A DNA stretch of 64,000 bases from a virus (IMGVR_UViG_3300033074_001783:1-64000); one strand, 5' to 3'. Positions 45,050-55,035 are shown, numbered from the stretch's first letter. The notes: generated by a model not told the origin, from the sequence alone. Program-made: numbers and translations.

Positions 45050-47134
45050 CTAGACTTTGCTAGCGCTAATTCCTGCCAAACGCATCCAACGTTCTCTTGT
45101 TGGAGCGTATTCTTTATTTTCTGTTACGTTTGTGCTCTCATTCAAAGGAGCGCTTCCTGATTTCACTGTTGTAGAAGATGAACCAGAGGTTGTGACCTTC
45201 TTTGGTGAACGGTGCTCGTCAAGAACTTTCTTTACACGAGAATAAACTTCTTTCGCTTCCGCGAATGTTGAAGCCTCATCCATGTAACCAGTGATTTTCT
45301 TTTTCTGGTTTACAGACAAAGACTCAAGAGCAAGTAGTTTGTTCAAGTACAATGACTTGGCTGCAAGCAGTTTCATCTCTTGCAATTCTCTTTTTGTGTT
45401 GCGAAGTTGAACAGATTCCTTCACAACTGGTTTGCGTGATTCTGCAACAGGAGGTGAAATCTCTTCTTCCTCTTCATCATCGGCCAAAGGAGAACCATCG
45501 TCGTTGGTGATTTCATATTCCTCGTCACCATCTGGTTCACTGTGAGCTCCACCAAAATCATCGCCCTCTTCGTCAGAAGGTAAAGATGAAGCCATCGCGG
45601 GTTCAACAGGGTTGCTAACGCTTACGCCGCCGTTGCTGTCAACCTTGATGGTAACAGTAACACCACCATCACTACCTGCACCAAGCTCTTCTGCTTGCAT
45701 ACCGCACTCTTTGAGAGCTTTTGCGGCTTCTTTCAATGCCTTCAGTTTTGCAGCAAACTTTTTCTTTGCTTCCATTACAGCAACCGCGTTGGTGTTTACG
45801 GGTTTGCCGGGTGTCACTTTGTCCATGCCATCTGTCACTTTGTCGCCAAGGATTTCAGCGGCTTCGCCCATTGCTGGCTCTGACTCTTCGCTGTCCCCAA
45901 ACATTTCGCGAAGTTCTGCTTCAAGTTGCATGGCTTCTATGTCTTCTTCAAGATACCCAGAAGCGCCACCAACTTTAAGTGAATCTTCTTTGCCGGGATC
46001 TTTAATGTTTGATTCAGATGCTTTCATCGCGTGTTTGCCAGCGGCATTCTCGGTGTCAAGCTCTGCATCACCTTTTGGTTTCTCGGTACTATCACCGAAA
46101 CCAGCGCTACCTTTTGTTGGAGGTGCATTTTCAAAAAGACCTCTTGCAAATTTTCTCAAGTTTTCGCTACTCATTTTGTTCGTGTCCTTGTTCTTCGGAT
46201 ACGGATAACTATTGGTGTTTTCCGTAGATTCCTGAAGTTGTCTGTATAAACCTTCAAGACGATTTTCTTGAAGGCGTCCAAGTCGTTGAGGCACAAGTTT
46301 ATTTTCAACAAGTTTTTCCAATTTCCCCAACAAACCAAAGAGGTGTTGTTCCATTGCAAATTTTTGCATTTTTGTTGGTTTGGAGTTCAACAAAATATGA
46401 CTCTGTGTTCGTTTGACGGATTCCTTGAAATCTTCGTATGTAATTGCCTCTGTTTGTGTGTCTTCTTCCCCAAAAGGAGGCATGGAAGCATCTGTGTCTT
46501 CCCCTGTGGCCACAACGGGTGCAGGGGTTTCAGATGGGAATCCTCCAATTGGAGTTGTTGGTTCAGTTGGTTCTCCAACCCCCACGCCACCCGTCAAGAC
46601 AGGTTCTTGCCCTGTTGCACTCATTTGTGTCCAAAGGTCATCAAGAGAAACTACAATTTGTCCCGAAGCGTCTGGCAATGGAACGCTGCCAAGGCTTGCT
46701 GATGGAACACTGATTGGAGCTCCGGGGCCTTCAATGGAGGGGGCGCCAATGTTGGCAGGCATACCAGCCTCGGGCGCAACTGGACCGGGAGCAGGAGGCA
46801 CCGCTGGTGGTGGAGCGGGAGGCATTGCTTCTGGTGTGGGCACCGCGGAAGGGGTAGGAGCAGGCGCAGGAGGAGGAACAGCGGGTGGAGAACCCGGAGG
46901 TGCAGCAGCAGGAGGAGGAGCCGAGGCATCTCCTGTCACGTCCGCAAAAGGATCTTCTTCCTCCTGCAAATCATTCATCCCTTCTGTGAGATTGCTAAGG
47001 CTTTGGTTCAATTCTTTTTCAATCAAAGGTGTTATGGCTTCAATGATTGCATTTTTCGCTTGATGAAACGCTGCTTCCTTGTAGCGACCAACTTCTACAA
47101 GTGCTTCATCGTAAAGAGGACTGGAGTTATTCAT
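45050..47134 (-). CDS. Prohead core/scaffold protein (gp22-like) with a Pro/Ala-rich insertion
   Basis: Immediately upstream of MCP; acidic coiled coil; AKSLYLNKL; C-term RWMRLAGI. Confidence 0.75.
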   Translation of the reverse strand: MNNSSPLYDEALVEVGRYKEAAFHQAKNAIIEAITPLIEKELNQSLSNLTEGMNDLQEEEDPFADVTGDASAPPPAAAPPGSPPAVPPPAPAPTPSAVPTPEAMPPAPPPAVPPAPGPVAPEAGMPANIGAPSIEGPGAPISVPSASLGSVPLPDASGQIVVSLDDLWTQMSATGQEPVLTGGVGVGEPTEPTTPIGGFPSETPAPVVATGEDTDASMPPFGEEDTQTEAITYEDFKESVKRTQSHILLNSKPTKMQKFAMEQHLFGLLGKLEKLVENKLVPQRLGRLQENRLEGLYRQLQESTENTNSYPYPKNKDTNKMSSENLRKFARGLFENAPPTKGSAGFGDSTEKPKGDAELDTENAAGKHAMKASESNIKDPGKEDSLKVGGASGYLEEDIEAMQLEAELREMFGDSEESEPAMGEAAEILGDKVTDGMDKVTPGKPVNTNAVAVMEAKKKFAAKLKALKEAAKALKECGMQAEELGAGSDGGVTVTIKVDSNGGVSVSNPVEPAMASSLPSDEEGDDFGGAHSEPDGDEEYEITNDDGSPLADDEEEEEISPPVAESRKPVVKESVQLRNTKRELQEMKLLAAKSLYLNKLLALESLSVNQKKKITGYMDEASTFAEAKEVYSRVKKVLDEHRSPKKVTTSGSSSTTVKSGSAPLNESTNVTENKEYAPTRERWMRLAGISASKV

Positions 47135-47146
47135 TTGTTACTTCCT

Positions 47147-47641
47147 TTAGATACGTGTCGCGCGACCCAATGTCAGAGAATCCCCAATCCTGCGAGGAAA
47201 TAATTGGCGAGCGGTTGTGTTGGGAGACGTGAGACCATTTCCGGCCCACGCGCCACCGGCACCTCGGTTTGCTTCAGTTGCAGCAACACCTGTTGCCGGA
47301 ATAGCGGAGGCGTCATCTCCGTGACCTTCTCCCGGTGAAACGATGTTTGGAGCATATGGTGAACCGGGAAGTCCACCTCCTCCCAATTCTACCGTTGAAA
47401 GGTCTGGGGCATCTTGGTAATAGCGGTTTACGCTGTTAAACGCATACCCGCCGTCATACAAAACACCATCTCTCAATTCCTCGGGAGCTTCAAAGGCGTG
47501 TCTCACCTGTTCGTCTGTTGAATAAGAGCCATCATAAACGGGAGAACTTGCGAAACTTGTTCTCAGAGACGCGCTGTCAGATCTGCCGTTTTCAAATGTT
47601 GTTGCTGGTACAGCAACGGTTAGTTGTCTGGTGGTTGGCAT
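47147..47641 (-). CDS. Putative virion structural protein
   Basis: Gly/Pro-rich; late-promoter motif upstream. Confidence 0.6.
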   Translation of the reverse strand: MPTTRQLTVAVPATTFENGRSDSASLRTSFASSPVYDGSYSTDEQVRHAFEAPEELRDGVLYDGGYAFNSVNRYYQDAPDLSTVELGGGGLPGSPYAPNIVSPGEGHGDDASAIPATGVAATEANRGAGGAWAGNGLTSPNTTARQLFPRRIGDSLTLGRATRI

Positions 47642-47672
47642 GTATTCTTACTTTCAAGAAGTAAGTATGCCT

Positions 47673-48008
47673 TCAACCGGGAAACACGGGCATGACACGA
47701 GGTTGAGTGTTGAAAGCCAAGGCTGCCCAACGATTGCCAATGGCGGGCTTCATTTGCTGTTGTTGAATGGGCATTTGCATTTGCTGCATCATGGACATTT
47801 GTGGGTCTGGTTCAGAATTCATCAACGTTTCTGCCAGAACGTTTTCCATCAGTTGATTGCCACCAGCCAACGATTGAATCCTATTTTGTGCCATAGGATT
47901 TATCATCATTTGTTGCTGTGGCATTTGTGAGTTTAAAGCACCTTCAGTGATTAACTCTTTCAAACATTCTTTAATGACACTTTTCAATTCAGAGCGAGTG
48001 ATTTTCAT
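47673..48008 (-). CDS. Putative head protein
   Basis: Leader MKITRSELKSVIKECLKELITE; Q/M-rich. Confidence 0.65.
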   Translation of the reverse strand: MKITRSELKSVIKECLKELITEGALNSQMPQQQMMINPMAQNRIQSLAGGNQLMENVLAETLMNSEPDPQMSMMQQMQMPIQQQQMKPAIGNRWAALAFNTQPRVMPVFPG

Positions 48009-48625
48009 TTTAGTTTTGCACCACTTCCAAGTATTTCATTCAAAACACGATCTACTCTATCTGATTTTTTGAAGATTTGTTTCAAAATTGTTGGATCAAT
48101 TTGTTTTGCTTCTGACAAGCGCATGAATGCTCCGTGTGTTGAAGGTTCAGATACAAAATCCCAACAAATTATCTGCAAGTCATCTTGGACAACATCTGTT
48201 CCATTTTTCTTTTGGACAGAACCAAGAGCTCTTGATGAAATACCCGGAACACCACCTGTTTTCAAAATAGTTTGGATGATGCCACCCGATGTTGGAGCAG
48301 GCATCACCAACACTTTTCCATAAATGTCTGCCCCCTTGGCCCAAATGTCCAAAATACGGTGAGAAGCATTTTTTACGTTAACAATTGGAGTATCGCTGTG
48401 GTCAACCTCTCCAAAAGCTCTGTTTTCTCTGATGAGTTTTTTGTAGTTTTCTATTTCACGCATCAAAATTTCATAAGGATACACACGACCATTTTGGTTT
48501 TCTGCATCTGCTCTCTGAAGAATGCCTTTCACAATCATTGCACCATCTTCACGAGTTTCCATCGTGTCATGGTCATATTCAAATGCCCTGTACTCTTTCA
48601 ACAGATATACTGGTTTTTCGTTCAT
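48005..48625 (-). CDS. gp21: Prohead protease, T4 gp21-like
   Basis: NQNGRVY, GEVDH, ASH, GISSRALGS, WDFVSEPSTHGA. Confidence 0.92.
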   Translation of the reverse strand: MNEKPVYLLKEYRAFEYDHDTMETREDGAMIVKGILQRADAENQNGRVYPYEILMREIENYKKLIRENRAFGEVDHSDTPIVNVKNASHRILDIWAKGADIYGKVLVMPAPTSGGIIQTILKTGGVPGISSRALGSVQKKNGTDVVQDDLQIICWDFVSEPSTHGAFMRLSEAKQIDPTILKQIFKKSDRVDRVLNEILGSGAKLK

Positions 48626-49435
48626 TCAACTATCCCTCAATTCTTTCTCAAGTTTATCAAGAGATAAATAGAAATTCACATTCTCTGTTGTTGGCTCAGT
48701 TTTCTTTTCAAGCAACACTTTGACGTTTTTAAGTTTCTCTTTGACCGATTGATCAAACTCATCATCCTGCAATGCCGACTCTATTAAAGGAAGAATTCTT
48801 TTTCTTTCGTTCTGCAACTTTAAAGAAAGTGCTTCACTGTTTCCGTTTAATTTAATGATTTCTTTTTGATTCTCTGTAAGAGAAGAACCAAATTTGTTGT
48901 TTATTTTTTCGGCCAACACTTTCAGCAACAACGAGTTGACACCGGGAGTTTTCAAGTCCGATAGGTTTGGTGTCACAGGAGTTTTGTGGTTTGCCATGTG
49001 TTCTATGATTTTTGCTTCACAAAGCAAAGTGCTCTTTTTGAGAGTTCTGTTTTTTCTCCATTCAAAGAACAGCGTTTGTATTGCAACCACAACATCGTCT
49101 TTGGCTTCTACTGTAAAACTATCCTTGAATGATTTTCTCATTTCATCACAAAAATCATTTTTCTCTTTTACTAGGATTTTGTCATCTAGTTGACAAATCT
49201 CTGTTTTTACTCTTTCAAGTATCGGCAAAGGTGTTGAGGTGTTTGTTTTGTGCAGAATGTTAAAACACTGTAGCTCTTTACCCAACTGTGTTTGTGGGTT
49301 GAAATACTTCAATGCAATATTTTTAGTTTTTTTGTAATCGTTTTTTCTGCCATTAACGATATGCGAAGCCATTAACTTGGTAACAGCTTCGTAAATTAAA
49401 CCAACATTTTGCATGTTTTTGTGTTTGTAACTCAT
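48626..49435 (-). CDS. Head morphogenesis protein of unknown function
   Basis: Between portal and protease; late promoter CTATTTA. Confidence 0.65.
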   Translation of the reverse strand: MSYKHKNMQNVGLIYEAVTKLMASHIVNGRKNDYKKTKNIALKYFNPQTQLGKELQCFNILHKTNTSTPLPILERVKTEICQLDDKILVKEKNDFCDEMRKSFKDSFTVEAKDDVVVAIQTLFFEWRKNRTLKKSTLLCEAKIIEHMANHKTPVTPNLSDLKTPGVNSLLLKVLAEKINNKFGSSLTENQKEIIKLNGNSEALSLKLQNERKRILPLIESALQDDEFDQSVKEKLKNVKVLLEKKTEPTTENVNFYLSLDKLEKELRDS

Positions 49436-49440
49436 GACTG

Positions 49441-51417
49441 TTAAATAGTGCCTTGGTGCATTGCATCTTTCAACAAGTCCAAAAGCACCAACTCATCATC
49501 TGGTTCTTCATTTTCATGTAAGATTTCAATGTCCAACATCATTTTGTTGTTCTTTTGTGATTTTTCAAATCTCTGCAACTTTGAAATTAAATTACGACCA
49601 AGACTCTCTGGTATTCCAGACTTCTTAACTCTGCCATCGCGATAAGATTCACGCTTCAAAAATCCATCTTCTTCCAAGTTCATATCCAACATTTTTCTAA
49701 AATCAACGAGGTTGAATGTTGAACCATCACGTTTTTTATTTGTGTTTCGTGAAGGAGACATGTTGGGATTGATTGGAACCTTGGAACCAATTGATGAATT
49801 TGCAGATTTAATCTGTTCTGATTCCTCAGAAGGCAAAGGAGACGGCCTTGGAGCAATCTGCGGATTGTTTGTGGCGGGTGGCTGTTGATTGCTGCTGCTG
49901 TTTGGTGTTTTGTTTTTTGTGTTTGGTATTTGATAATTGGACGCATCAAACACGTCCACCAAAGAACTGGACGTATCTTCTCCATTTTCATTCTTTGGGG
50001 GCTCCAATGCCTCAAGTGTTTTCTTTCTTAAAGCATCTTTCTCGCGACCAAGACGTATCTTGTTGATTGTGTCCATTCTGAATCCAAGAATTTCTTTTTG
50101 AATCCACTCTTCATCAACCAACTCAGAATCTTTGGCTTTGGAAGCGTTTTCAAAACGAAGCGTCCAGATGTTAAGCTTTTGTTGCAACGCAATGGTGCTT
50201 GGATTGGAAAGCTTCAATTCAAAATCTTGAAGATCTTCTCCATCAAAGCCTTTTGCATACAAATGCAAAACTGCAAGTTGATTTAACTCTGCAATGATGA
50301 TCTTCTGAAGGTTAGTGATGGTTCTTGAAAAACGAATATCTTCTTGAGATAAAGTTGCTTTGGAAGACAAACCATCTTCATAACCAAGATACGCTCTCGG
50401 AACTTTTAGTGCCGCCGTGAGTTTCTTTTGAATATATTCAACATCTTCTATCGCACTTACGTGTTGACCACCAGCAAGCGAATCAATTTTGGTCGCGCTG
50501 TTTGGTCTTGTTGGAAGGAAGTAATCCTCAAGAACATCAATTGGGTTGTGTCTTTCATCGGATCTTCCTGTTAAACGATCTATTGAAGTGTTTGTTCTAA
50601 TCGCTTGCTTGGCCTGTTCCATGTAGTTTGGAACATCGTTTGGGTGAATACCAGAAACGTCAATATAAAAAACCCTTCTTTCAGGAGATCTTACAAGGCG
50701 ATAAACCAACATGGCGTCTTCCAACATGACCAGTTGACGCCAGATTTTCCTTGACGATTCAAGAAAAGATGTACCATACGGAATGAAAATGTCGTTGCTT
50801 ACGACTCTGAAATGCAGCACTTGCCAATTTTCAAGATATTTGCCCGCACCACCTGTTGTGAGTTTGAACCTGACAGCATAAGGATCTTCTGGATCATATC
50901 CCTCTTGTCTTTCAATGTCGGTTATCTTGATCGTCTCAACAAGTGAAACGCCCACATCGGGCATTACCTCTACGTGCAAAAACGTGTCTCCATACTTAAC
51001 CAAGTTACGAATCCATCTCCGCAACTCAAAGTCAACATTGCAAACATCATAAAACAACTCTTCAAGAGCACGTTGAATGTCTGTGTTGTCTGAAAACACA
51101 TGAAAACAACGACCGTTTTCATCTCCCGAACATGATTCATCTGCAAACAGATCTAGGGCAGTTGATATTGCCCCTTCATATTCCATCTCTGCGTATTCTC
51201 TGTATCTTACTTCTCGGTCAATTGCAGCATATGCACCAAGCATATTGAAAGGCGTGCCACCCTTACCTCCATAAAAACTTTGACCTGTTTGATGAATGCT
51301 TTGAGCATTCGTTAACTCTTGATTCAGGTTTTGGTTTTTAATTTTTCTTCTTAAAGCAGGACCAGAACGAAAAATTCTGTTTAATCGCTGATAAAAATTC
51401 TCATTTGCTGTGTTCAT
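49441..51417 (-). CDS. gp20: Portal protein, T4 gp20-like
   Basis: LEDAMLVYRLVRSPERRVFYIDV, EDYFLP, ALKVP, EDIRF. Confidence 0.95.
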   Translation of the reverse strand: MNTANENFYQRLNRIFRSGPALRRKIKNQNLNQELTNAQSIHQTGQSFYGGKGGTPFNMLGAYAAIDREVRYREYAEMEYEGAISTALDLFADESCSGDENGRCFHVFSDNTDIQRALEELFYDVCNVDFELRRWIRNLVKYGDTFLHVEVMPDVGVSLVETIKITDIERQEGYDPEDPYAVRFKLTTGGAGKYLENWQVLHFRVVSNDIFIPYGTSFLESSRKIWRQLVMLEDAMLVYRLVRSPERRVFYIDVSGIHPNDVPNYMEQAKQAIRTNTSIDRLTGRSDERHNPIDVLEDYFLPTRPNSATKIDSLAGGQHVSAIEDVEYIQKKLTAALKVPRAYLGYEDGLSSKATLSQEDIRFSRTITNLQKIIIAELNQLAVLHLYAKGFDGEDLQDFELKLSNPSTIALQQKLNIWTLRFENASKAKDSELVDEEWIQKEILGFRMDTINKIRLGREKDALRKKTLEALEPPKNENGEDTSSSLVDVFDASNYQIPNTKNKTPNSSSNQQPPATNNPQIAPRPSPLPSEESEQIKSANSSIGSKVPINPNMSPSRNTNKKRDGSTFNLVDFRKMLDMNLEEDGFLKRESYRDGRVKKSGIPESLGRNLISKLQRFEKSQKNNKMMLDIEILHENEEPDDELVLLDLLKDAMHQGTI

Positions 51418-51443
51418 GCGGGTTTAACTAGCCCGCATGGGTT

Positions 51444-51980
51444 TTAGTTTTTGAGAAGGAGCTCCCAAATTTCTTTACCACAATGACGGACTTTAACAGG
51501 CAAGCCTGCAACAAAATCATCAAATAGTCCAGATGCAAGAAAAAATCTCATTTTTGTTCCTGATAAAAATTCAGAAGTAATTCTTGGAACAATATGCACC
51601 TGCACCAAACCTTTGCTAACCAGATTCGGTGCAAACAAAGCTATTTTAGAACAGGTGTATCTGTTGGCATCTATTTCATCTGTGAAAATGAAATGTGCGT
51701 TGTTTTTATCATCTTCTTCTTTCAAAGCAAGATAAATGTCCTTAACAGGGCTCGTTGTGGAAAACTGCAAAACAACCGATGGTGGCAGTGTGGGAATAAG
51801 ATATTTTTCCCACACTTGTTTCATTTTCTTGCCAGAAACAAAAAATTCTCCGGGTCTTTGACGATCTTGATCTGAAACAAACAATTTGGTGATTTCACAA
51901 ACGGAAGCGGAGCTCTCTATTAAACTCCAGTGACCTAAATGCACAGGTTTGAAAGCACCGCCTACGTAGCCAATAATCAT
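51444..51980 (-). CDS. Cytidylyltransferase-family nucleotidyltransferase
   Basis: GGAFKPVHLGH; SGTKMR. Confidence 0.8.
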   Translation of the reverse strand: MIIGYVGGAFKPVHLGHWSLIESSASVCEITKLFVSDQDRQRPGEFFVSGKKMKQVWEKYLIPTLPPSVVLQFSTTSPVKDIYLALKEEDDKNNAHFIFTDEIDANRYTCSKIALFAPNLVSKGLVQVHIVPRITSEFLSGTKMRFFLASGLFDDFVAGLPVKVRHCGKEIWELLLKN

Positions 51981-51987
51981 TCTTCTT

Positions 51988-52013
51988 TTCTCTCCTATTG
52001 GTTAGGTTCCACT
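51988..52013 (-). repeat. 26-bp exact dispersed repeat, copy 3
   Basis: Reverse complement of 13102-13127. Confidence 0.9.
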
Positions 52014-52032
52014 AACCATATTTACTTCTACC

Positions 52033-52359
52033 ATGCTGTCAGAAAATTTGAAACAAAAGATCGTAGAAGTCGCCCGATACATCGGTAGCGACTGCACAGA
52101 TTGGGTTCAAATAAAAAACCAGATTTTGCACTGTATTGAAAACGAAGAAAGAGATTTGTTTTCAAGAAGACACCCAAGAACAAAAAAACACTTTGTTAAC
52201 GATCATGACCAAGCAGTGATTGAATTCTGGGAGAAAGTCACGGGAGTGCGTCCATTCATTCAAGATGGACGTTCTCATGACTCCAATTGGGTCTACAAAC
52301 CAAAAGGTTGGGCATTGTTTGAATACAACAGAAAGAGATCCAAAAATGAAAAAACTTGA
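52033..52359 (+). CDS. Hypothetical protein
   Basis: ORF after an ATATTTA late-type motif. Confidence 0.65.
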   Translation: MLSENLKQKIVEVARYIGSDCTDWVQIKNQILHCIENEERDLFSRRHPRTKKHFVNDHDQAVIEFWEKVTGVRPFIQDGRSHDSNWVYKPKGWALFEYNRKRSKNEKT

Positions 52360-53344
52360 ACGACTCATTGAATCAATGGTTCAAGAGTCTTTGCTGTTAG
52401 AAGATGATGACGGAGGAGATGACAGTGGGGCATACCCGTCTGGGATTTATAACGACTATTACGATTCTATGGGTTACGGTGGAGGTGGCAGTGGGCATGG
52501 TTATGGTAATGCTTTGTACCAAACTTTTGTTCAACCCTTGACGGACATTTACCATACTGCAATGTATGGCTTGAAAATGTTGTCTGCATCGGCGCAACAG
52601 ATAGTTCGGCAAGTTTTGGTCAACGTACCAAAACTCTTGGTTCCATTTTACAACACAGAGGACTATCAATCTCTCTTGAGAAGAAGAAACGCCAAACTAC
52701 AAGCAATTGAGAACAAATACACGGAAGTTCTCAAACGAAACATAGAATATCTGCACGACCACGATTTGCAAGGTATGGCTTTTTTGTTGGACCCTTCTTT
52801 GTTTCTTGGAGCAAAACTCGTGCAGCAAACGCCTGCGGTAGCTCAAGGGTTGTTGGAACTTGTCGGGCTTGGAACAAATTTGTACACCAGTAAAGAAATG
52901 AACAGTTTATTCGGACCAAAACTATATCAACACGAGTCACTCATCCGAGAAGGGAATGAGCAGATTCTACAAATGGCATCCAACCCACAAGTGGCAAAGA
53001 AACTTTTGGAGTTGCCTGAAGTGAAAAGCGTGCAAAACGAAATACTAGGTTCTATCGTTGAACAGGTAAAAGAGTTTTTGGCAATTCCAACTTTTGAGGA
53101 ACTGTTGAAGCACACCAAAGGATCTTTGTCGCCTGTACAACAACAACTAAACGCTTCTTATCGTTCCAAACAAATAACACCAAATGATGTTCCAAACACC
53201 AAACAAGCACTTTTGGTAAAAATAAAAACAGATTATCAAAAACACTATATTGAGATGTTAAAAAAACTTAAAACTATGGCCCCCGGTGCTGCGACGGCAA
53301 TAACCAAAGCAATCTCTCAGATTTCTTCTCTCAAAATTGCGTAA
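52346..53344 (+). CDS. Putative internal virion protein
   Basis: Leader MKKLERLIESMVQESLLLE. Confidence 0.65.
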   Translation: MKKLERLIESMVQESLLLEDDDGGDDSGAYPSGIYNDYYDSMGYGGGGSGHGYGNALYQTFVQPLTDIYHTAMYGLKMLSASAQQIVRQVLVNVPKLLVPFYNTEDYQSLLRRRNAKLQAIENKYTEVLKRNIEYLHDHDLQGMAFLLDPSLFLGAKLVQQTPAVAQGLLELVGLGTNLYTSKEMNSLFGPKLYQHESLIREGNEQILQMASNPQVAKKLLELPEVKSVQNEILGSIVEQVKEFLAIPTFEELLKHTKGSLSPVQQQLNASYRSKQITPNDVPNTKQALLVKIKTDYQKHYIEMLKKLKTMAPGAATAITKAISQISSLKIA

Positions 53345-53401
53345 TCTATTTTCTTCGTTTATACACCGCGTCTCAAAACTGCCTTAATATCCCACAAGAA
53401 C

Positions 53402-53683
53402 ATGGGACGCCCAAAGAAAAACAAAGAAGAAGTTGCCAACGCGCAACCAATGTCAATCACAGAACTCCAGCCGATCGTTGAAGAGTTTATCAAAAGATAT
53501 CAATCGTTGAAAAACGAACAAGAACTTCTCAAAGAAGATGAGAAAGCGCTTGTTACAGAGTTTTCAGAAAAACTTGATACCAAAACATTGCAGTTGGCAA
53601 TGAAAACAATTGCGCTCAAAGCAAAGGTACAACACAAAGAAACTTACGATCTGTTGGTTGAGATCCTTGAAAGGACTGTTTGA
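53402..53683 (+). CDS. GapR/T4 DsbA-like dsDNA-binding protein
   Basis: Short coiled coil FIKRYQSLKNEQELLKED..LDTKTLQLAMK. Confidence 0.55.
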   Translation: MGRPKKNKEEVANAQPMSITELQPIVEEFIKRYQSLKNEQELLKEDEKALVTEFSEKLDTKTLQLAMKTIALKAKVQHKETYDLLVEILERTV

Positions 53684-53698
53684 AACAGGTTGTTTAAC

Positions 53699-54202
53699 AT
53701 GACACTTACACCAACTCCAATCCCACCACAATATAAATGGGATACAATTCCAGAAATTCTTTACGAGGAACCGAGCGTAGGCGGGAAAGGAAATCCTATC
53801 CCTTATATTGATGTTCCAAAAACAAAAGAAATGCCTCCTGTTTTGTTTGTGTTTGAATACAAACGAACGGGAGAATATGAGCCAGACAGCAAAGGAAAAC
53901 CAGCAGAAATTGTGGATCAAATTCCTCACCGATATGCTGATCTTGAATATTTGTTTCTTCGTCTTGATCCTTCTTTGCACGACATTGTAAGATGTTCATT
54001 GGGGATGAAACCAAAGAACCAAGCAGAGCAAGATGGTGCGGCAGTGATGGAAAGAGTTCTTGGAAAAGAGCAAGAACTACGCACCGCGGCCGAGGTTTCT
54101 CAACAAGAACGCATTGGCAAAATGCAAGAAGCGTATGAAGCTGTTAAATCTGCTTCAGAGAAACGTAAAACAAAAAAAGACAAAAGAAAGGCTCGCAAAT
54201 GA
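53699..54202 (+). CDS. Hypothetical protein
   Basis: ORF. Confidence 0.65.
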   Translation: MTLTPTPIPPQYKWDTIPEILYEEPSVGGKGNPIPYIDVPKTKEMPPVLFVFEYKRTGEYEPDSKGKPAEIVDQIPHRYADLEYLFLRLDPSLHDIVRCSLGMKPKNQAEQDGAAVMERVLGKEQELRTAAEVSQQERIGKMQEAYEAVKSASEKRKTKKDKRKARK

Positions 54203-54597
54203 GACTTCACCCAAACGTTATTGTTAAACTGTTGACCATTTGTCACAATCAAGGTGGTTACACAGAAGAAACACGACTGATTAAATCGTTTTCTGATGTG
54301 AGATTGTCTGTTTATGCAAGACAAGAGTCCGCACCAGTGCTGGTAGAAACAGAACTGTTTCTGTTGGAAAGAACACAACGAGGGAAACCAGTAGATGACA
54401 TTGTTCCCATGAAACTCAACAATGGTGCAGTAAAAAAACTGCTGGAATTATACAGATCATACAGTGGGCATACGCATGAATCCAAGTTGAAGAATGCATT
54501 CTTCAATCTTGATTTTACTCCATACACCACAAGCACCGGAGAATCCATTCTGATTCTAACAGAGGAGTACATGAAAGCACTCCAGAATACACAGTGA
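54199..54597 (+). CDS. Hypothetical protein
   Basis: ORF with ATGA overlap. Confidence 0.6.
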   Translation: MRLHPNVIVKLLTICHNQGGYTEETRLIKSFSDVRLSVYARQESAPVLVETELFLLERTQRGKPVDDIVPMKLNNGAVKKLLELYRSYSGHTHESKLKNAFFNLDFTPYTTSTGESILILTEEYMKALQNTQ

Positions 54598-54601
54598 AAC
54601 C

Positions 54602-55033
54602 ATGAAAATAGGACAAGTTGTATATATTATTTCCAAAAAGAATCAAACGATTGTTCCTGCGATAATTCATGAAGAGAATGTTTGCAAACGAATTGACGGT
54701 GAACAAATCACATACAAAGTTTTGATTGGTGAACCAAATAAAGCAAAACTAATTGATTTGTCAAAAATAGACACAGACGTTTTCAGCAGTGTGGATGAGG
54801 TTAGAGATCATCTTTTGACCAATTTCACAAAGATTTTGGATGAGGCTTGCAGTAACGCGACAACAATGTCACAAAAATGGTATGGACATTTGTTGGGTCA
54901 GAATCAAACCCAACAATCTAATGGTTCACCGGGAGAAGAGTTGTTTGATGAAATTGCATCTCAAATGTCACCCAACAACAGCAACGAAGTAATGGTTCAA
55001 TTGCCCGACGGCAGAATGGTTCCAGCGGTATAA
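54602..55033 (+). CDS. Hypothetical protein
   Basis: ORF directly upstream of groEL. Confidence 0.65.
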   Translation: MKIGQVVYIISKKNQTIVPAIIHEENVCKRIDGEQITYKVLIGEPNKAKLIDLSKIDTDVFSSVDEVRDHLLTNFTKILDEACSNATTMSQKWYGHLLGQNQTQQSNGSPGEELFDEIASQMSPNNSNEVMVQLPDGRMVPAV

Positions 55034-55035
55034 AC

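Noticed and set aside
46413-47063. Long Gly/Ala-rich + strand ORF (also 45612-46208)
   Set aside because: Antisense shadow of the Pro/Ala-rich scaffold gene.
13102-52013. CRISPR array from the 26-bp repeat
   Set aside because: Copies are 13-25 kb apart on both strands with no spacer periodicity; no cas genes seen.
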